Shown here piece by piece: positions 58,755 to 64,000 of a stretch of 64,000 nt of DNA. The position numbers and the translations under genes were made by a program. Source of the DNA: an uncultured Planctomycetota bacterium (lineage in GTDB: Bacteria; Planctomycetota; Phycisphaerae; UBA1845; CAIVHJ01); NCBI GenBank assembly GCA_942492115.1, contig CALODL010000010.1, forward strand, positions 1,635 through 65,634. Reading direction: 5' to 3'. The notes beneath the pieces are model-generated. The model made no database searches. It worked only from the letters and a program-made list of their open reading frames with translations, and had not been told where the DNA came from. The number at the start of each line of letters is the position of its first letter. Position 1 is the first letter of the stretch.

Positions 58755-60559
58755 CGCCGCCCCAATCGTTCGAATACCGCGACGCTGACCGCCGAGATCA
58801 AACACGCGCTGGCAATCCCGATGATCCACACAAACGTTCCACGCAACCCGGCGCGCGTACGCGCCAGATCCCGTTCCAACGGATGAATGATCTCGAGCAC
58901 ACCGCGCACATCGCCGACCTTCCAGTCCGTCTTCGTGCTCGCAGGATGGCTGTTGTGGCATCCGATACACGACGCCTGCATCAACCGCGCGGTTGCATAC
59001 CGCAACGCATAGCGACCATCGACGTGCTCGAAGCGATAGACCGGGTCCGCGGGCACATTCCTCAGTGACATGAGAGCTGCGCGTTCGAATTCGTCACGCG
59101 GTCCGCCATCTGTCCGCGTTGTGAAAGGATAATCACTATACAGCCTCACTTGCATACCATATTCACTCTTACGCATGTCCTCACCCAGTGCAATGGTGAA
59201 TGTTGCCGGGAGCGGGATGGCACCGGCGCGACCGACGAAGTCATGGGTTACATCCACACCGGCGGCGTGCATCGGCGTGGCAACCGCAATGCTGTAGAGT
59301 GCATTCATTCGCTCGAGCATCTCAGCCTGCATTGCGGCGCTATCGAGCGCAGTTTGTTCCATGAGATGGCCAGACAATCTTGACAGATGCAGCAGTCCTC
59401 CCGCCAATCCGAGAACAACCGCGACGGTGAGCGAGGACACTACGGGATTGCGCCGACTCCAGCGCCACACACGCTCGGGAGCGCCAATCGGGCGGGCGGC
59501 GATCGGTTCACCAGCCAGAAAGCGCCGTTGATCGCATGCCAGGTCGCCAGCTGTCGCATAGCGCCGTGCCGGGCTCTTGGCCATGGCCTTGAGGCATATG
59601 GTCTCGAGATCTCGCGGAATACGATCGTTCAAGCGCCGCGGTGGCCTGGGATCCTCCTCCAGGACCTGCATGAGGACCATGCGCCGCTGACCACGAAAGG
59701 GCCGCTCGCCAGTGAGCAACTCATACATCATCACGCCAAGGCTGAACACGTCGCTGCGCGCATCGACAAAATGCCCTTCGCCTCGGGCCATCTCCGGGGA
59801 CATGTACGCTGGAGTGCCCATCACGTCGCCGGCACGGGTCACGGTGACCTCGCCCGCGTCGCGTTTGGCCAGACCAAAGTCCATGACATGCGGCTGACCG
59901 TTGGAATCGATCATGATATTGGCGGGTTTGATATCACGATGAATGATCCCGCGCGTGTGGGCGTAATGCAGGGCCTCGGACACTGTTAGCAGCAGATCAC
60001 AGACAACGCGCGGATCGCAGCGCTCATTGCGGATGCGATGCTCGAGTGTCTGCCCTGCGATATACTCACTCACCAGGTAGCACGTGCCGTCATCCGTCTC
60101 ACCGGCCTCGAACAATGCGACAATGTTCTGGTGCTTGAGTTGCGCCGCGCTGCGGGCCTCACGCAGAAAACGTTGGCGATCTTCATCTGTGCCCAGCACG
60201 TGGCTGCGGCAGACCTTGACGGCTACGATGCGTTCGAGCTGCGTATCGCGGGCTCGAAACACGTGGCCAAAGGACCCGCTGCCCAACTCGGACAGTAGCT
60301 CGAAGCGTCCGACACGCACAACCCCATCGCGCAATGCACGGGCCATGCGCCGGCCGGGATCGACGACAAGTTCTGCGCCTTCGGCCATTGCCGTCAGTGC
60401 CGCATCGAGCAACGGACGGGGTAGAGTCACTTCGTCGCTGACACCAGATGCTTCAAGACTCGACAGACGTTCGAACAGTTCGTCGGTCGGACGGTCGAGC
60501 TCACCAAGCGCGAGGGCACAGGATTCGCAAACCGCGACATGCTCGGCAATGACATGCAA
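58751..60559 (-). CDS. Hanks-type Ser/Thr protein kinase with an N-terminal CxxC segment, a TM-flanked periplasmic DUF3365/Tll0287-like domain carrying CxxCH, and a second C-terminal TM
   Basis: 'LGSGSFGHVFRA', 'VAVK', 'HRDIKPANIM', 'DFG', 'GTPAYMSPE'. TM1 'LTVAVVLGLAGGLLHL', then a periplasmic segment with 'CIGCHNSHP', then TM2 'FVWIIGIASACLISAVSVAVF'. Confidence 0.9.
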   Translation of the reverse strand: MHVIAEHVAVCESCALALGELDRPTDELFERLSSLEASGVSDEVTLPRPLLDAALTAMAEGAELVVDPGRRMARALRDGVVRVGRFELLSELGSGSFGHVFRARDTQLERIVAVKVCRSHVLGTDEDRQRFLREARSAAQLKHQNIVALFEAGETDDGTCYLVSEYIAGQTLEHRIRNERCDPRVVCDLLLTVSEALHYAHTRGIIHRDIKPANIMIDSNGQPHVMDFGLAKRDAGEVTVTRAGDVMGTPAYMSPEMARGEGHFVDARSDVFSLGVMMYELLTGERPFRGQRRMVLMQVLEEDPRPPRRLNDRIPRDLETICLKAMAKSPARRYATAGDLACDQRRFLAGEPIAARPIGAPERVWRWSRRNPVVSSLTVAVVLGLAGGLLHLSRLSGHLMEQTALDSAAMQAEMLERMNALYSIAVATPMHAAGVDVTHDFVGRAGAIPLPATFTIALGEDMRKSEYGMQVRLYSDYPFTTRTDGGPRDEFERAALMSLRNVPADPVYRFEHVDGRYALRYATARLMQASCIGCHNSHPASTKTDWKVGDVRGVLEIIHPLERDLARTRAGLRGTFVWIIGIASACLISAVSVAVFERLGRR

Positions 60560-60849
60560 CGCGGTGCTATCGAGTTTGCCGACTGCAAAGGCGGCCAGAG
60601 TGACGCCATCTGGACAGGTGTCGACCCCCAGGGCTCTGCTCCTTTAGGTTAGCGCCCGAACCAATGTGCATTCTACAGCATCAGCGGCTGGCTGATTGGC
60701 AGAAACTGAACGTCATCAACGCTTTGGGCTTTCCACAACGAGAATCCACGTGAGTGTAACGCTCCTTCGTTGTATAGGGTGGCCCGTAAGTCGTTTGTCA
60801 TTGCATCAATCTCACATTTGCACACGGAACACCATTGAAGGAGACCGCC

Positions 60850-62415
60850 ATGCACCCCGCAAACCGCCGTGAATTCCTTGCCGAGGTCGGGCGAGGCATG
60901 TTGGTCGCGAGCGTCGGAGCACCACTTGCATGCGAGCTGGGCCTGGCGCACGCGTTCGCAGGTGATACGAACTCCGCTCTGCGTTTCGGAACGCTCGAAC
61001 CGCTGGTCGCCCTCATGCAGGACACCCCCGTAGATCGACTCCAGCCCGCTCTCGTCGAGCAACTCGCACATGGGACGACGCTCCGCACCCTCATCGCCGC
61101 GGGTGCGCTGGCCAACGCACGGTCCTTCGGCGGACAGCACTATGTCGGCTACCACACGCTGATGGCGTTGATGCCAGCATACGATATGGCTCAACAGTTG
61201 CCTGCCGCCGAACAGGCTCTTCCTGTTCTCAAGGTGCTCTATCGCAACACGGATACGATCCAGCAGGAAGGGGGTCGGTCGAGCGAGGTCCTTGAGGAGA
61301 TCGACGATCATGATCACCCGGCCCCCACCGCAGAACGCCTTGTGGACCGGACGCGTGCCTGCGATATGGTCGGAGCCGAGCGCGTCTTCGCTGCGATGAT
61401 GAAACAGCAGGAAGCCTCGGAAGCCTACAACAACCTGCAGTTCATCGTGCAGGATGATATCGACGTTCACCGTGTCGTGCTCGCGTGGCGAGCATGGGAT
61501 ACGTTGCGTATTGCGGGTGCCGCGCACGCCCACACGCTCTTGCGCCAATCAGTCCGACATTGTGTCGATGTCGAACAGCGGCGCCTGGACCGCGGGAAAC
61601 CCGAACCACGCATTAGAACACTGCTACCCCAGTTGCTCAATCGCTATAAGCTCTTCGAGAAACCACTTGGCGCGCGCTCGGCGCCGGACGGTTGGGTGGA
61701 CAGTATGGCGCGCACCATCTTCTCGAGCACGCGCGCCCGGGCAGCCGATGCCGCAGCGGCAGCGCTGGCCGAAGGCATCGCTCCCGAGGCGGTCGGCGAA
61801 GCCATCTCGCTGGCGGCCAACATGCTGGTACTGTACGACCGCGGCCGCAGTCAGGACGAGAGCCCCGATAAGCCCGCGGGGAGCGTGCACGGCGCTTCGG
61901 TCGGTGTCCATGCATCGGACTCGGCCAACGCGTGGCGGCATATCGCGCGCGTCAGCAACACGCGCAACACTGCTGCAAGCCTCATCGTTGGTGCGTATCA
62001 CACTGCGGGGCAACACGGCCGTGTAGGAGATGTGCCGTGGGCCGGATCGGATCACGCGAAGATCCAGGCGGTTGATCCCGCCACATTACTGAAAGACGCC
62101 GAGCAGGCCATCCGTGATAACGACCAGGCCAGGGCCAGCACCATCGTTGCGCGCTACGGCACGCTCGAACTGCCCGCCGAGCCGATGTTCGGTATGTTGA
62201 TCAAGTACGGGGTCAGTGAGGATGGTGCATTGCATGCTGAGAAGTACTACCACACCGTGCGCGAGGAGTTCTACAGTACGCGTCCCGCATTCCGCTGGCG
62301 GCACGTGGTAGCACTGGCGCGGGTCACGGCCAGTGAATATGGTCTACCCGCTCCCGGAATGGCGCAGGCCCGGGCGCTGCTTGGTTTGAGCCCGGGGCAG
62401 TCTCTCGGGTCCTGA
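60850..62415 (+). CDS. Tat-signal (twin-arginine) exported all-helical protein of unknown function
   Basis: AAGGAG RBS 6 nt before the ATG at 60850. 'MHPANRREFLAEVGRGMLVASVGAPLA' is a Tat signal. No recognisable catalytic motif. Confidence 0.7.
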   Translation: MHPANRREFLAEVGRGMLVASVGAPLACELGLAHAFAGDTNSALRFGTLEPLVALMQDTPVDRLQPALVEQLAHGTTLRTLIAAGALANARSFGGQHYVGYHTLMALMPAYDMAQQLPAAEQALPVLKVLYRNTDTIQQEGGRSSEVLEEIDDHDHPAPTAERLVDRTRACDMVGAERVFAAMMKQQEASEAYNNLQFIVQDDIDVHRVVLAWRAWDTLRIAGAAHAHTLLRQSVRHCVDVEQRRLDRGKPEPRIRTLLPQLLNRYKLFEKPLGARSAPDGWVDSMARTIFSSTRARAADAAAAALAEGIAPEAVGEAISLAANMLVLYDRGRSQDESPDKPAGSVHGASVGVHASDSANAWRHIARVSNTRNTAASLIVGAYHTAGQHGRVGDVPWAGSDHAKIQAVDPATLLKDAEQAIRDNDQARASTIVARYGTLELPAEPMFGMLIKYGVSEDGALHAEKYYHTVREEFYSTRPAFRWRHVVALARVTASEYGLPAPGMAQARALLGLSPGQSLGS

Positions 62416-62507
62416 GGCTCTGACAACGATTCCGGCCAACGCGTTGACCTGCGCCCAACTCCCAGCATGCGGCACGACCTGAACGGAACCCATGGGCAGC
62501 GCGTTTT

Positions 62508-62780
62508 CTACTGGGGCTTGGTCACAGGTTCATACATACCCTGACCGCAATACCTCAACTTGCCTTGAGCCACCAGCGCGTCCCACACAGCACGTGGATA
62601 CTGACTCGGTGGCACGACCGCAACGATCGATGATTTCTTGCCGCCAGTCAGTGGCCCACGGCCCAGGCTCGACTCGGCCTCCAGCCGCATCAGCTTCAGT
62701 CGTTTCTTGAATGCCTTCATTGCTCGTTTGAGCTCGTCGGGATCAGGTCCGTCGATCGGCGTTGTGTCTGAATCTGACAA
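62508..62780 (-). CDS. Hypothetical small protein (90 aa, TTG start with AAGGAG RBS)
   Basis: AAGGAG lies 6 nt upstream of the TTG. Basic/helical N-terminus 'ELKRAMKAFKKRLKLMRLEAE'. Confidence 0.45.
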   Translation of the reverse strand: MSDSDTTPIDGPDPDELKRAMKAFKKRLKLMRLEAESSLGRGPLTGGKKSSIVAVVPPSQYPRAVWDALVAQGKLRYCGQGMYEPVTKPQ

Positions 62781-62886
62781 GTTGTTCTCCTTGTGGCATC
62801 AACTCGACGTCGCACCAGGCCCAACCCGACGGTGATGCACACACGACAATAACACAAAGTTGGCGACGGCAAGCATGAATAGTCGC

Positions 62887-63468
62887 CTACTTGGCATAGG
62901 GCTTCTCATGCCGGGCCATCATGTCGACGAACTCTCTGATGCGGCGTGTACGTGTGTCGGCCCGTTTGGCCGTCTGAATCTTGAACAATACGGCGTAGCG
63001 GTTGCGACTATCGAGTGTCGCAAAAAAAGCTTTGGCCTTACGGTTCTTGTTCAGCATGGCCTGCAGGTCCTCGGGGACCGAGGCGGTTCGCGGACCGTCG
63101 TAGGCTGCATTCCACCGTCCGTCCGCCCGGGCTCGATCGATTTCGGCCTGCCCGGCGGGCTGCATGCGCCCCTCCTCGATCAAGCGTGCGACCTTGTCGC
63201 GATTGACCTTCGACCACATGCTGCGGGCGCGACGCGGTGTGAACTTCTGCAGCCAGTAGCCGTCGTCGCGGCTCTTCTTCTGACCGTCGATCCACCCATA
63301 GCACAGCGCTACGTCGAGACCCTCGGCATATGTGATGGACGTATGGCCTGAGTCCTTACGGGCCAGTTGCATCCACACACCGTTGGCCGACGCATGATGC
63401 TTGCTGAACCACGACTCAGCATCACGGATACGCTTGAACAGCTTGACTTGATAGTCTGTCGATGACAT
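62887..63468 (-). CDS. YdeI/OmpD-associated family protein (DUF1801-like)
   Basis: 'WFSKHHASANGVWMQLARKDSGHTSITYAEGLDVALCYGWIDGQKKSRDDGYWLQKFTPRRARSMWSKVNRDKV', matching the YdeI/OmdA family pattern. Confidence 0.7.
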   Translation of the reverse strand: MSSTDYQVKLFKRIRDAESWFSKHHASANGVWMQLARKDSGHTSITYAEGLDVALCYGWIDGQKKSRDDGYWLQKFTPRRARSMWSKVNRDKVARLIEEGRMQPAGQAEIDRARADGRWNAAYDGPRTASVPEDLQAMLNKNRKAKAFFATLDSRNRYAVLFKIQTAKRADTRTRRIREFVDMMARHEKPYAK

Positions 63469-63499
63469 GGCCCCATCGTATCGGCCACGCGCAGAAGTC

Positions 63500-63898
63500 T
63501 CAAACTGGAGTGTTGCGCGACGAAGCCAGTACACGCCACCGCCGCCACAAGGATATGGCGACGCTCCACAGCGCGCCTGCAATGAACCCCAACATGCTGT
63601 TCAACAACACAATGTACGGCTGTGCAACATGCGCCAGATGTTCGCTGCTCGTAGCGTTGTCGCCCAGTATGAACATCCAGGTGAACAGAATGCCAGGAAG
63701 GTTGGCAATGCCCCGCGCCACGTTCTGTGGATCAGCCACCGCCCCGAGGACAACCGTGCTACCGACGAATACCAGCGCTCCACACACGCCCCCCCGCATG
63801 GCTCGGCGCCTGCATGCGGCCCCTCGACAGTCGGCCAGCAGCGCTTCGCGCTGTGCGCACTCAGGCGGCTTCTGCTTCAGCGTCATGGTGACCTCCAT
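63500..63898 (-). CDS. Hypothetical small membrane protein
   Basis: ATGGAGG...ATGACGCTGAAG start region and two hydrophobic helices ('VCGALVFVGSTVVLGAV', 'YIVLLNSMLGFIAGALWSVAISLW'). Weak support. Confidence 0.3.
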   Translation of the reverse strand: MEVTMTLKQKPPECAQREALLADCRGAACRRRAMRGGVCGALVFVGSTVVLGAVADPQNVARGIANLPGILFTWMFILGDNATSSEHLAHVAQPYIVLLNSMLGFIAGALWSVAISLWRRWRVLASSRNTPV

Positions 63899-64000
63899 TC
63901 CGCGCCTGGTGGCGGAACATGTCGTGACGGTGCCGGTTGAAGTCGTCACAGTAGAGTCTTTGTGCCAAATCGAAGAATCCGGCCCGGAGTTGCTCGACCG

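Noticed and set aside
60673-61548. 291-aa minus-strand ORF
   Set aside because: Antisense to the RBS- and Tat-signal-supported + strand gene 60850-62415.

Overview
This is a high-GC (~65%) bacterial chromosomal window, probably from a planctomycete-like organism. That placement is an inference from the ECF sigma + Ser/Thr kinase operon, a giant dockerin-bearing surface protein, a sigma-54 activator and several TTG starts. Gene content in order: a decayed heavy-metal P-type ATPase; a secreted HEAT-repeat protein; a large MscS channel; a GAF/sigma-54 activator; two divergent DUF2029/GT87-like GT-C membrane proteins plus a coupled GT2 polyprenol-phosphate sugar synthase; ffh-rpsP-trmD-rplS; YraN, TatD and a polyprenyl-diphosphate synthase; a tandem SPFH pair; a 2-oxoacid dehydrogenase operon (E1a-E1b-E2-lpdA) on the same strand and directly downstream of paaC-paaD; paaA-paaB about 5.7 kb away, separated by nfeD-flotillin, an RCK channel and a thrC-like gene; tandem secreted TldD/PmbA peptidases; beta-oxidation-like paa lower-pathway genes (thiolase, 3-hydroxyacyl-CoA dehydrogenase, three crotonases, hotdog thioesterase); a POT peptide transporter; an HhH-GPD glycosylase; a 2318-aa multidomain surface protein with near-identical 168-bp tandem repeats; a lipoprotein; and an STK -> ECF sigma -> PD40 operon. 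No rRNA, tRNA, CRISPR array, transposase or integrase was found. At least seven 1-bp indels in G/C runs interrupt otherwise recognisable CDS (four in the ATPase, then the HEAT protein, one crotonase and the glycosylase), so either the consensus is poor or these genes are pseudogenes. A ~80-nt element is conserved immediately after two intrinsic terminators (partial third copy) and is unexplained.
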